Source of the DNA: Eledone cirrhosa
Lineage: Eukaryota
DNA length: 64,000 nt
Reading direction: 5' to 3'
Assembly (NCBI GenBank): GCA_964016885.1
Contig: OZ024763.1
Coordinates: 11,594,001-11,658,000, forward strand
Part shown: positions 1 through 12,109 of the stretch, piece after piece
Numbering within the stretch: the stretch's first letter is position 1
How the letters are laid out: each line of letters opens with the position of its first letter
The notes under the pieces: generated by a model
Database searches by the model: none
What the model was told of the DNA's origin: nothing
What the model saw: the letters and a program-made list of their open reading frames with translations, nothing else
Made by a program: the position numbers and the translations under genes

Positions 1-352
1 ACTACGCACCACCTTGGCAGACTACACACCACCTTGGCAGACTACACACCACCTTGGCAGACTACACACCACCTTGGCAGACTACACACCACCTTGGCAG
101 ACTACACACCACCTTGGCAGACTACACACCACCTTGGCAGACTACACACCACCTTGCCAGGCTACACACCACCTTGTCAGACTACACACCACCTTACCAG
201 GCTACACACCACCTTGTCAGACTACGCACCACCTTGGCAGACTACACACCACCTTGTCAGACTACACACCACCTTGTCAGACTACACACCACCTTGTCAG
301 ACTACACACCAACTTATCAGACTACACACCACCTTGTCAGACTACACACCAC
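1..352. repeat. 20-bp minisatellite (ACTACACACCACCTTGGCAG), ~17.5 copies, runs off the window start
   Basis: Directly visible 20-bp period with GGC/GTC/GCC variants; accounts for ORFs 14..598, 34..510 and 54..446. Confidence 0.97.
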
Positions 353-515
353 CTGCAACAGCCACCCTTCTCGCGGGGCCCCTTCCTCAGACAGATGTTC
401 CAATCTTGTGGTGGAGCTCGACTGTACGGGGTCCGAGTACTCCTGAAATCTCGACGACGACCTGTGCGAAGAGGAAGCGGCCGTACAGTCCCCGGTATTT
501 GTTTATATAACTACT
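353..515 (-). mobile_element. Decayed C-terminal restriction-like endonuclease region of a CRE-clade non-LTR retrotransposon
   Basis: Minus strand reads INKYRGLYGRFLFAQVVVEISGVLGPRTVELHHKIG then (frameshift) GAPREGWLLQ, matching the K-Y..F.P...E..G..GP...IG....G.PRE..WL.QR pattern of CRE elements. Confidence 0.7.
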
Positions 516-789
516 ACAAGGTATTTAATCCGACATCCCTAACGTCCCTCTCTATTTACCGTATAATTAGAACTTCCGCCAAATTCTGTTGTTCTTGAAA
601 TTGTGTCGTTGTTTTTTTTAATTACCATTCTGTGAGAGAGGAACTGGAAAATATCCAAAGATTTAGAGTGAATTCTAATGGAATGGCAGAATGACGGTGT
701 AGCAGAATAGTCGGATAGTTAATAATTGAAGAGCGATAAATCTTTCAGTTAATTATCTGTGACACTGTAAACTATATGGAATGGACCTC

Positions 790-975
790 CGGCGGTGGCG
801 ACGATAGGTGTTCCTATTGTTTAATCAGTGATACAGCTTACTCATGAAATTGACGCGCAGGTGAGTGAACATTCCAGACGTGTGAATATTTAATGTAATT
901 CTACGAGAGATTCAGTGAGACACAGCGAGTCACGCTGTGTCACAGTGTGACACAGCGTGCCACAAGATTGGCACA
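790..975 (-). mobile_element. Diverged SINE fragment (same family as 61660-62850 and 55372-55420)
   Basis: Shared motifs CTCATGAAATTGACG..CAGACGTGTG..ATGTAATTCT..GAGATTCAG..ACACAG with the other copies in the window. Confidence 0.6.
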
Positions 976-980
976 CACAC

Positions 981-1060
981 ACCTTCACTTCCTCCAAGCG
1001 TCAACCTAATATGACTTTGTAATTCTGCATCCCTGCGTTTGTTTTGTTTTATTTCCTTTA
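981..1060 (+). mobile_element. Truncated 3' tail of the hammerhead-bearing short repeat family (copies at 27786, 49641, 57540)
   Basis: CCTTCACTTCCTCCAAGCGTCAACCTAATAT resembles 49680-49710 and 27825-27856; ends in (TA)n. Confidence 0.6.
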
Positions 1061-1076
1061 TATATATAATATATTC

Positions 1077-1141
<65 letters not shown>

Positions 1142-1336
1142 GATAAATCTACCAAGAGTTTACGGTAGTGTCCAATCCGTATGAAGAACTCAATGTATTC
1201 CGGATATCATGGAAAGAAGAGATGTAATGAAAAATCACTTTCGGTGAAAGATAAACGGTATACAGAGTCAAGATAAAATATTAAACAAATAATGAATAAA
1301 CAATGAAACAGTTCCTTATATTAAACAAAAAAAGTT

Positions 1337-1401
1337 CATTATTTAACGATCGTTTCTAGGATATATATGTGTTAGAATTGGCATGTATATTCAACAGATC
1401 T
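1337..1401 (-). ncRNA. Decayed minimal hammerhead ribozyme (PLE pseudo-LTR type)
   Basis: Minus strand CUGUUGA...GAAAC-GAUC-GUU; palindromic GAUC helix-III loop; one core substitution, weak helices I and II. Confidence 0.5.
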
Positions 1402-1453
1402 ATGTACAAAATTATACAAAATTATACAAACTATCAAGATTAAATATACATAC

Positions 1454-1500
<47 letters not shown>

Positions 1501-1511
1501 CTATTCATGTA

Positions 1512-1560
<49 letters not shown>

Positions 1561-1562
<2 letters not shown>

Positions 1563-2035
1563 CAATATCCAATATAATGTTACGGCTCCTAATAATATAA
1601 ATTCTCATAAATGTAATTGTAGAAATAAATCTAACTGTCCTCTAAATAATAACTGTTTAGTTAAAAATATAGTATACAATTGTAGTGTCAAAACCAATGA
1701 AAATTCCTTTAACTATATCGGCTCTACTTCCACAGACTTCAAATCTCGTTTCAATAACCATAAATGTTCCTTTACGAATATTGGTAAAAAAATCTTCAAC
1801 TTCTCTATCCAACTTATTATGGAATTTAAAATCCAAGAATATTAACTATTCTTTATTTTGGGAAATTATCTCCAAAGCTCCTTCATGCACGGCTCTATCC
1901 AAAAATTGCTCCCTTTGCGTTGAAGAAATATTCTTTATACTAAAAAGTAAGAACTCTATTAATTTGCGAAATAATTTATTTAGTTCTTGTAAACATCGTT
2001 TAAACTCAACTTTTAAATATATATATGAAATGTAA
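1561..2035 (+). mobile_element. Penelope-like retroelement GIY-YIG endonuclease fragment, Naiad-type, 5'-truncated, one frameshift
   Basis: ORFs 1507..1845 and 1685..2035 join at A-run 1786-1792: CNCRNKSNCPLNNNC-IVY-YIGST-FKSRFNNHKCSF-TSLS..LWNLK-WEII-CSLCVEE-INLRN-CKH; follows a (TA)n tract. Confidence 0.92.
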
Positions 2036-2869
2036 TATATGGTTAATCTCCTTTACATAATGTTTTCTATATCCAACCATCTACAACATCATCCTTCAGA
2101 TTATATCTATATATGATTCATATATATTTAATTTACTTTCTATTATCTCTACCTCATAAATATATTATTACACTTATCAATAGATTATAACCTTTTTTTT
2201 ATATGACTATTGAAATTCTTCTAAAGAAAATTTTCCTTGAAAAACTTTCGGAAGGTTTTAGAAAATTCTTTGAAAGTTACTTTGAAAGATATGAAAGAAC
2301 CATTATTTTCATATCTTCCAATATTTTTATATCTTCAAACATTTTTAATATATGTATCCAAATATGTATATATATGTGGAATAACATATGATTTTTATAT
2401 ATAGGTTTTTTATATATATGTGGAATAACCTATGGTTTATGTTTTAACTATATTCTTAAGATAATTTTTTTTTTTTTAAACTTTATAGCAAGTATGACTT
2501 CTTATAAAATAACCTATGGTTTATGTTTTAATTATACTCTTAAGATAAATTTATGACTTCTTATAAAATAACATGTTTTATGTTTTAATTATACTCTTAA
2601 GATAAAATTTTTAACTTTATAACATTTAATCCGTGGAATCATTTGAGATCTTAAAAAATCACTTCTAACTTCCTTTATACTTCCTTACTGTTTTTATAAT
2701 CTAATTAAGTAGTTATTCCTTTGTAAACTCTCGTAAATTTTCATAAATTTAGAATTATTTGGATGTTTAAATTTTGACTTACAACTATTAATAAATATAA
2801 TTTTGCCAAACTTACATTAATAAAATAAACTATACTAGATTTTCTCTGTTTGACGAGTTGTCCCGTTGT

Positions 2870-2962
2870 GAGATAAGCCAAGTTAACCATGTCTTGCTCA
2901 TGCAGAATTGTGGGTTGGTTTCTATAGTTGGATGCCCTTCCTATCGCCAGCCACATTTACGG
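2870..2962 (-). mobile_element. SINE fragment (family with (GAT)n tail; copies at 57481, 62960, 63800)
   Basis: TTGGTTTCTATAGTTGGATGCCCTTCCTA is the near reverse complement of TAGGAAGGGCATCCTGCTGTAGAAACCAA at 63847-63875. Confidence 0.7.
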
Positions 2963-3017
2963 TGTATATATATATATATAACTTCTGATATTATATTTGT
3001 GTTTCAACCCTTATTAT

Positions 3018-3066
3018 ATGCTCTGGTGATTCCAGCCTTGTGCTAGTATAAAACGATCGTAAGTGA
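3018..3066 (+). ncRNA. Decayed minimal hammerhead ribozyme
   Basis: UGCU-CUGGUGA-stem II (CCAGC/GCUAG)-AAAAC-GAUC-GUA-AGUG; two core substitutions; helix I pairs with wobbles. Confidence 0.5.
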
Positions 3067-3105
3067 TTAAATGTTCTAAACACTCTTTGATTGTTGCTTA
3101 TAAAG

Positions 3106-3159
<54 letters not shown>

Positions 3160-3161
<2 letters not shown>

Positions 3162-3685
3162 AGCAGAAGTACTCGGTATTGCCCGGGTTAAAGAAAAGAA
3201 AATTTCATTCAAAACATTTTCTAGAGTATATTTGAAACTTCTAATATAGTTGTTTCTTGTTTGTAACATATCTTGTAATTGCAATATTATTTCATACTTA
3301 GTTTCTTTATGCCTTTCATATCTTGCCTGTGCTTGGGTTTTCATACCACTGATGGAATACAGTTGTAAATATTTTGGTTCTTCTAAAAGTGGCTGAAGAG
3401 GTCCAATTCTATGATACACTTGCTCTTGGATTTTGAAAGTGGGTATAAAGCCACCTTCATGGATGATATTTACACCAAATCATATCATTTGGAGTGCATT
3501 CTTCTGGATATTTTGAAGAAAGTGTTGTGATTCAGGAGTTGTACCAATCAGCAGTCCCCTCAAGGGTTCTGGTGCTTCAGGTAATAGTTTAAACTTAATC
3601 TTTCCATTTAAACAGCTCAATCCAGTTGACTCACCATTCATTTTTCGCACCACAATTTCGACAAATTTTGTTCATTGAGGAAATC
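3160..3685 (-). mobile_element. Internally deleted Helitron: RepHel N-terminal fragment fused to the 3' terminus
   Basis: Minus strand CRNCGAKK-CLNGKI-PEPLRGLL-FLQNI-GFIPTFKIQEQVYHRIGPLQP-PKYLQLY-LQDML; then GC hairpin 3171-3188 and CTAG|T end at 3160. Confidence 0.9.
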
Positions 3686-3703
3686 TAAATGAAAGGTTCA
3701 GAA

Positions 3704-4663
3704 CGATGGCGGTTCGTGGCTAAAATTAGTGTGAGTGTAGCTTCAGAAATTTTAAACATATAAAATGAAAATTTATACATAAACTTGATAAAATCTTAAA
3801 CGATAAAATTATTTTTTACTTACTAATAAATTGTTGTAGTTGAAGCTTGATCCGTTCATTTAAAAATGAAATCTATTCTTGTTTTACTTTGAGCGGAAAC
3901 CTTAATAATTTTCTCTTTGATCCCTTGATGATAATCTTAAAAAAGGTTTTATTCTTGTCAGTGTTGAACAGCGGTTATCTGGCTCTGATGTAGTCATGGG
4001 AATTGTCAAGAGGATTTTTATCAGTTTCGTAATTTCACTAAGAACACCATCTAGATTATTTTCAAGATAAATTTCAACAGCTCGATTAATTTGCAATATT
4101 CATTCATATTGAATCTGCAATAGAATACTTTAGTTAAATTTCAAGCTTTTCTTTGTCAATCATGGGATATGCTTCAGTGGTCAATACTATCTCTTCTGTA
4201 TGCAGTTCATTCTTAGAACTAGTGAAGCTTTTCTTGTTGAATAATTTAACAGCTAGTAAGTGTTTAGTGGAAGAATATCTGTCCATTATATCAACACATA
4301 TGCAGTTACACACTTCCTTTGCTTCTGCCATTAGTGTCTTTGAAGGATTCTCCCAGTACTTCGAGTTTCTTATTTCTAAAATAGCAGTTTTAAAATGTTT
4401 ATATATTCATTGACTTAAAACACACTCATTCCTTGAGATTACATTTGGTTGTAAATTATTTCAACATGAGACATAAACTGATGAAATAGATTTAACCAAA
4501 ATATGAAATTATCATCATTCAGGTATTTTAAAATTCCTGTTGCTTCTGCAATGGTTTGATCTGCATCTGATGTTGACTGAATTTCTGTAAGGCAGCTTTT
4601 TAAAGGTTGCAGTTTTTCATGAACTCTGTTCACGGCCCGTATGTTAAAATCCCACCTTGTGGA
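3704..4663 (-). mobile_element. hAT transposase pseudogene (ZMYM1/Tip100-like), 3' half, with probable terminal inverted repeat
   Basis: STRWDFNIRAVNRV.., FIFWLNLFHQFM.., KLIKILLTIPMTTSEP..STLTRIKPFLR (hAT dimerisation domain) in ORFs 4439..4633, 4134..4331 and 3902..4096; CGATGGCGGTTCGTGG at 3704 resembles a CAGTGGCGG-type TIR. Confidence 0.88.
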
Positions 4664-4664
4664 G

Positions 4665-4780
4665 CAGGGGTTATCAAAGTGGGCACTACTGCCCCCTAGG
4701 AGGGTTGAGAAGGACCACTGGGCGCTGGGGCCTAGGGGGGAAGTGGGGGTGGTAGAGAAAAATGGGGGGTTGGGAGGAAC
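4665..4780 (+). mobile_element. Probable terminus of a hAT-Charlie/Buster-type element interrupting the transposase above
   Basis: CAGGGGTTATCAAAGTGGG..GCCCCCTAGG..; starts exactly where transposase homology stops. Confidence 0.45.
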
Positions 4781-4964
4781 GGACAGGCTGTGTCATTCTG
4801 TCCAGAAATATTTTTAGTACAATTCATTGCACTAAAAGAGATTAAGAGGCTACTTTCATTTCACCAAACTCATCCTTCTCATTGAACCCCCTCCCTAAAA
4901 GCCTATCTAGAGGGGCTCTTTTAGTGGTATACTATTGACTTTCCAATATGCGTTGTAAATTTGT

Positions 4965-5213
4965 GCATTATTTTATTGAGAGATCACAGCTCTGATACTA
5001 TGGGCATGTGGTTAGAATGTCTCAGGAAAGAATAGCTGGACAGATTTTACGGGTGAAACTAAGAGACGCAGGGGTAAAACCCGAGCAAGATGGTTGGATA
5101 ACCTCCATGAACTTGGCTGGTCTCGCTTGGGGATCTAGCCTGATCAGTTGGAGATGATTGCTTCTGACAGGACCCGTTGGAGGGAGTATTTGAGGACTCT
5201 GCTCCCACGACGC
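4965..5213 (+). mobile_element. RTE-clade LINE 3' end, decayed
   Basis: Translates IERSQL*YYGHVVRMSQERI..RRRGKTRARWLDNL..LGWSRLGI..ASDRTRWR..LLPR. Confidence 0.85.
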
Positions 5214-5600
5214 TGTGGTGTGTGTGTATAGAGGTGTGTGTAGTTGTGCGTGTAGTAGTGTGTGTAGTAGTGTGTGTGTGTAGTTGTGCGTGTAGTAGTG
5301 TGTGTGTGCAGTAGTGCGTGTGTAATAGCGTGTGTTGTAGTAGTGTGTGTGTAGATGTGAGTGTGGAGGTATGTAAATATGTGTGTATTTGATGGTACGT
5401 GTGTGCGGTTGAAAGTGTGTGTGTTTGCGTGAATATATGTGGTTGTGTGGTATGGGTGTATGTGTTTGTGTGTGGAGGTATTTGCGTATGTAAATAAGTG
5501 TGTGTGTAAAAGTGTGTGTGTGGGTAGAAGTATGTGTGTGTTTGTGTGAATATATGTGGGTGTGTGGAGGTATGTGTGTGTGTAGGTGTGTATGAGTGTG
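5214..5600. repeat. Degenerate (GT)n microsatellite
   Basis: Visible. Confidence 0.9.
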
Positions 5601-5644
5601 TCCAGGTATGGGAATTAATTTCTTGATAAAACCTTTTTTCTGGT

Positions 5645-8600
5645 CATAGAGCTATCTACTGGTCAGTCTTGTATGTCCTATATTGTCTATAGAGCTATCT
5701 ACTGGTCAGTCTTGTATGTCCTATACTGTCTATAGAGCTATCTACTGGTCAGTCTTGTATGTCCTATACTGTCTATAGAGCTATCTACTGGTCAGTCCAG
5801 TATGTCCTATACTGTCTATAGAGCTATCTACTGGTCAGTCCAGTATGTCCTATACTGTCTATAGAGCTATCTACTGGTCAGTCCAGTATGTCCTATACTG
5901 TCTATAGAGCTATCTACTGGTCAGTCTAGTATGTCCTATACTGTCTATAGAGCTATCTACTGGTCAGTCCAGTATGTCCTATACTGTCTATAGAGCTATC
6001 TACTGGTCAGTCCAGTATGTCCTATACTGTCTATAGAGCTATCTACTGGTCAGTCCAGTATGTCCTATACTGTCTATAGAGCTATCTACTGGTCAGTCTA
6101 GTATGTCCTATACTGTCTATAGAGCTATCTACTGGTCAGTCCAGTATGTCCTATACTGTCTATAGAGCTATCTACTGGTCAGTCCAGTATGTCCTATACT
6201 GTCTATAGAGCTATCTACTGGTCAGTCCAGTATGTCCTATACTGTCTATAGAGCTATCTACTAGTCAGTCCAGTATGTCCTATACTGTCTATAGAGCTAT
6301 CTACTAGTCAGTCCAGTATGTCCTATACTGTCTATAGAGCTATCTACTGGTCAGTCCAGTATGTCCTATACTGTCTACAGAGCTACCTACTGGTCAGTCA
6401 TCAGTGTCCTATACTGTCTATAGAGCTATCTACTGGTCAGTCTAGTATGTCCTATACTGTCTATAGAGCTATCTACTGGTCAGTCTAGTATGTCCTATAC
6501 TGTCTGTAGAGCTATCTACTGGTCAGTCCAGTATGTCCTATACTGTCTATAGAGCTATCTACTGGTCAATCTAGTATGTCCTATACTGTCTATAGAGCTA
6601 TCTACTGGTCAGTCATCAGTGTCCTATACTGTCTATAGAGCTATCTACTGGTCAGTCTAGTATGTCCTATACTGTCTACAGAGCTATCTACTGGTCAGTC
6701 CAGTATGTCCTATACTGTCTATAGAGCTATCTACTGGTCAGTCTAGTATGTCCTATACTGTCTATAGAGCTATCTACTGGTCAGTCCAGTATGTCCTATA
6801 CTGTCTACAGAGCTATCTACTGGTCAGTCCAGTATGTCCTATACTGTCTATAGAGCTATCTACTGGTCAGTCTAGTATGTCCTATACTGTCTATAGAGCT
6901 ATCTACTGGTCAGTCTAGTATGTCCTATACTGTCTATAGAGCTATCTACTGGTCAGTCTAGTATGTCCTATACTGTCTATAGAGCTATCTACTGGTCAGT
7001 CCAGTATGTCCTATACTGTCTACAGAGCTATCTACTGGTCAGTCCAGTATGTCCTATACTGTCTATAGAGCTATCTACTGGTCAGTCCAGTATGTCCTAT
7101 ACTGTCTGTAGAGCTATCTACTGGTCAGTCCAGTATGTCCTATACTGTCTATAGAGCTATCTACTGGTCAGTCTAGTATGTCCTATACTGTCTATAGAGC
7201 TATCTACTGGTCAGTCTAGTATGTCCTATACTGTCTATAGAGCTATCTACTGGTCAGTCTAGTATGTCCTATACTGTCTATAGAGCTATCTACTGGTCAG
7301 TCTAGTATGTCCTATACTGTCTATAGAGCTATCTACTGGTCAGTCTAGTATGTCCTATACTGTCTATAGAGCTATCTACTGGTCAGTCTAGTATGTCCTA
7401 TACTGTCTATAGAGCTATCTACTGGTCAGTCTAGTATGTCCTATACTGTCTATAGAGCTATCTACTGGTCAGTCTAGTATGTCCTATACTGTCTATAGAG
7501 CTATCTACTGGTCAGTCTAGTATGTCCTATACTGTCTATAGAGCTATCTACTGGTCAGTCCAATATTCCCTATATTGTCTATAGAGCTATCTACTGGTCA
7601 GTCTAGTATGTCCTATACTGTCTATAGAGCTATCTACTGGTCAGTCTAGTATGTCCTATACTGTCTATAGAGCTATCTACTGGTCAGTCTAGTATGTCCT
7701 ATACTGTCTATAAAGCTATCTACTGGTCAGTCTAGTATGTCCTATACTGTCTATAGAGCTATCTACTGGTCAGTCTAGTATGTCCTATACTGTCTATAGA
7801 GCTATCTACTGGTCAGTCTAGTATGTCCTATACTGTCTGTAGAGCTATCTACTGGTCAGTCTAGTATGTCCTATACTGTCTATAGAGCTATCTACTGGTC
7901 AGTCTAGTATGTCCTATACTGTCTATAGAGCTATCTACTGGTCAGTCTAGTATGTCCTATACTGTCTATAGAGCTATCTACTGGTCAGTCTAGTATGTCC
8001 TATACTGTCTATAGAGCTATCTACTGGTCAGTCTAGTATGTCCTATACTGTCTATAGAGCTATCTACTGGTCAGTCATCAGTGTCCTATACTGTCTATAG
8101 AGCTATCTACTGGTCAGTCATCAGTGTCCTATACTGTCTATAGAGCTATCTACTGGTCAGTCCAGTATGTCCTATACTGTCTATAGAACTATCTACTGGT
8201 CAGTCCAGTGTGTCCTATACTGTCTATAGAGCTATCTACTGGTCAGTCTAGTATGTCCTATACTGTCTATAGAGCTATCTACTGGTCAGTCTAGTATGTC
8301 CTATACTGTCTATAGAGCTATCTACTGGTCAGTCTAGTATGTCCTATACTGTCTATAGAGCTATCTACTGGTCAGTCTAGTATGTCCTATACTGTCTATA
8401 GAGCTATCTACTGGTCAGTCTAGTATGTCCTATACTGTCTATAGAGCTATCTACTGGTCAGTCTAGTATGTCCTATACTGTCTATAGAGCTATCTACTGG
8501 TCAGTCTAGTATGTCCTATACTGTCTATAGAGCTATCTACTGGTCAGTCTAGTATGTCCTATACTGTCTATAGAGCTATCTACTGGTCAGTCTAGTATGT

Positions 8601-10253
8601 CCTATACTGTCTATAGAGCTATCTACTGGTCAGTCTAGTATGTCCTATACTGTCTATAGAGCTATCTACTGGTCAGTCTAGTATGTCCTATACTGTCTAT
8701 AGAGCTATCTACTGGTCAGTCCAATATTCCCTATATTGTCTATAGAGCTATCTACTGGTCAGTCTAGTATGTCCTATACTGTCTATAGAGCTATCTACTG
8801 GTCAGTCTAGTATGTCCTATACTGTCTATAGAGCTATCTACTGGTCAGTCTAGTATGTCCTATACTGTCTATAAAGCTATCTACTGGTCAGTCTAGTATG
8901 TCCTATACTGTCTATAGAGCTATCTACTGGTCAGTCTAGTATGTCCTATACTGTCTATAGAGCTATCTACTGGTCAGTCTAGTATGTCCTATACTGTCTG
9001 TAGAGCTATCTACTGGTCAGTCTAGTATGTCCTATACTGTCTATAGAGCTATCTACTGGTCAGTCTAGTATGTCCTATACTGTCTATAGAGCTATCTACT
9101 GGTCAGTCTAGTATGTCCTATACTGTCTATAGAGCTATCTACTGGTCAGTCTAGTATGTCCTATACTGTCTATAGAGCTATCTACTGGTCAGTCTAGTAT
9201 GTCCTATACTGTCTATAGAGCTATCTACTGGTCAGTCATCAGTGTCCTATACTGTCTATAGAGCTATCTACTGGTCAGTCATCAGTGTCCTATACTGTCT
9301 ATAGAGCTATCTACTGGTCAGTCCAGTATGTCCTATACTGTCTATAGAACTATCTACTGGTCAGTCCAGTGTGTCCTATACTGTCTATAGAGCTATCTAC
9401 TGGTCAGTCTAGTATGTCCTATACTGTCTATAGAGCTATCTACTGGTCAGTCTAGTATGTCCTATACTGTCTATAGAGCTATCTACTGGTCAGTCTAGTA
9501 TGTCCTATACTGTCTATAGAGCTATCTACTGGTCAGTCTAGTATGTCCTATACTGTCTATAGAGCTATCTACTGGTCAGTCTAGTATGTCCTATACTGTC
9601 TATAGAGCTATCTACTGGTCAGTCTAGTATGTCCTATACTGTCTATAGAGCTATCTACTGGTCAGTCTAGTATGTCCTATACTGTCTATAGAGCTATCTA
9701 CTGGTCAGTCTAGTATGTCCTATACTGTCTATAGAGCTATCTACTGGTCAGTCTAGTATGTCCTATACTGTCTATAGAGCTATCTACTGGTCAGTCTAGT
9801 ATGTCCTATACTGTCTATAGAGCTATCTACTGGTCAGTCTAGTATGTCCTATACTGTCTATAGAGCTATCTACTGGTCAGTCTAGTATGTCCTATACTGT
9901 CTATAGAGCTATCTACTGGTCAGTCTAGTATGTCCTATACTGTCTATAGAGCTATCTACTGGTCAGTCTAGTATGTCCTATACTGTCTATAGAGCTATCT
10001 ACTGGTCAGTCTAGTATGTCCTATACTGTCTATAGAGCTATCTACTGGTCAGTCCAGTATGTCCTATACTGTCTATAGAGCTATCTACTGGTCAGTCCAG
10101 TATGTCCTATACTGTCTATAGAGCTATCTACTGGTCAGTCTAGTATGTCCTATACTGTCTATAGAGCTATCTACTGGTCAGTCTAGTATGTCCTATACTG
10201 TCTATAGAGCTATCTACTGGTCAGTCTAGTGTGTCCTATACTGTCTATAGAGC
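5645..10253. repeat. 43-bp tandem array (TATAGAGCTATCTACTGGTCAGTCYAGTATGTCCTATACTGTC), ~107 copies
   Basis: Period 43 (AGAGCTA at 5691 and 5734); highly homogeneous, no unique spacers. Confidence 0.98.
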
Positions 10254-10319
10254 GTATGTGGCAGACAATTGGAATGTGGTGAGGTGTTAATGTTGGATAG
10301 GAAGGAAAAGGGAGAGTTA

Positions 10320-12055
10320 CAGTGAACTAATGGGAGGGGGGGGCAGTGAACAAAATAGACAGTTACAGTAAACAAAAGGGAGAAACAGTGAATAGAAAGG
10401 TGAGTGGGTGAACGAGGGGGAGGGAGACAGTGAATAAGAGGGAGAGAGGGTGTACAAATGGGAGGGACAATGGACGAAAGGGAGAGACAGTGAACGAAAG
10501 GGAGAGACAGTGAACAAGGGGGAGAGAGGGTGAACGAAATGGAAGGACAGTCAACAAAAGGGCGGGACAATGGACAAAAGAGTGGACAGAGGGAAGGGGC
10601 AGTGAACAAGAGGGAGGGGCAGTGAAGAAGAGGGAGGGGCAGTGAGCAAAAGGAGAGACAGTGAACAAGAGGGGGTAGTGAACATATTGGAGAGACAGTG
10701 AAAAAAGGGGATCGAGGGTGAATAAGAGGGAGAGACCGTGAACAAAAGTGAAGGACAATGAGCAGAAGAGACAGTGAACAAAAGGAAGGGACAATGAACA
10801 GAAGAGAGACAGTGAACAAGAGGAAGGGCCAATGAACAGAAGAGACAGTGAACAAGAGGAAGGGACAATGAATAGAAGAGATACAGTGAAGAAAGGGAAG
10901 GGACAGTGAACAAGAGAGACAGTGAACAAGAGGAAGGGACATTGAACAAGTGGATAGACAGTGAACAAGAGGGAGGGCCAGTGAACAAGAGAGAAAGACA
11001 GTGAACAAGAGGGAAGGTCGGTGAAAAGAGGGAAAGACAGTGAACAATTGGGGACAGTGAACAAGAGGGAGATACAGTGAACAAGAGTGAAAGACAGTGA
11101 ACAAGAGGATAGACAATGAACAAGAGGGAGGGTCAGTGAACAAGAGGGGGGACAGTGAACAAGAGGGAAAGACAGTGAACAAGAGGGAAAGACAGTGAAC
11201 AATTGGGGACAGTGAACAAGAGGGAGATACAGTGAACAAGAGGGAAAGACAGTGAACAAGAGGGAAAGACAGTGAACAATTGGGGACAGTGAACAAGAGG
11301 GAAAGACAGTGAACAATTGGGGAGAGTGAACAAGAGGGAGAGACAGTGAACAATTGGGGACTGTGAACAAGGGAAGAGACAGTGAACAAGAGGGAAGGCC
11401 AATGAACAAGAGGGAAAGACAGTGAACAAGAGGGAGAGACAGTGAACAATTGGGGACAGTGAACAAGAGGGAGAGACAGTGAACAATTGGGGACAGTGAA
11501 CAAGAGGGACGGCCAGTGAACAAGAGGGAAAGACAGTGAACAGTTGGGGACAGTGAACAAGAGGGAGAGACAGTGAACAAGAGGGAAGGCCAGTGAACAA
11601 GAGCGAAAGACCGTGAACAATTGGGGAGAGTGAACAAGAGGGAAGGCCAGTGAACAAGAGGGAAAGACAGTGAACAATTGGGGACAGTAAACAAGAGGGA
11701 AGGCCAGTGAACAAGAGGGAAAGACAGTGAACAAGAGGGAGAGAGAGTGAACAATAGGGAGAGAGTGAACAAGAGGGAAAGACAGTGAACAATTGGGGAC
11801 AGTGAACAAGAGGGAGAGACAGTGAACAAGAGGGAAAGCCAGTGAACAAGAGGGAAAGACAGTGAACAAGAGGAAAAGACAGTGAACAAGAGGGAAAGAC
11901 AGTGAACAATTGAGGACAGTGAACAAGAGGGAGAGACAGTGAACAAGAGGGAAAGCTAGTAAACAAGAGGGAAAGACAGTGAACAGGGGGGTGAACAAGA
12001 GGGAAAGACAGTGAACAATTGGGGACAGTGAACAAGAGGGAGAGAGAGTGAACAG
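10320..12055. repeat. Purine-rich 17/20-bp minisatellite (GACAGTGAACAAGAGGGAAA / GACAGTGAACAATTGGG)
   Basis: Recurrent CAGTGAACAA core; degenerate on the left, homogeneous on the right. Confidence 0.95.
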
Positions 12056-12109
12056 CGAGTCAGAGTGAAATGAGCCAATATCTGAAGAATTCTGGTTTAA
12101 AGTATTTAC

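Noticed and set aside
353-462. Exon with acceptor CTTCCTCTTCGCACAG and PH-like EGWLLQ
   Set aside because: Better explained as a CRE endonuclease remnant spanning two frames
6396-6408. CTGATGA on the minus strand of 43-bp array variants as hammerheads
   Set aside because: No GAAA or stem II; chance variant
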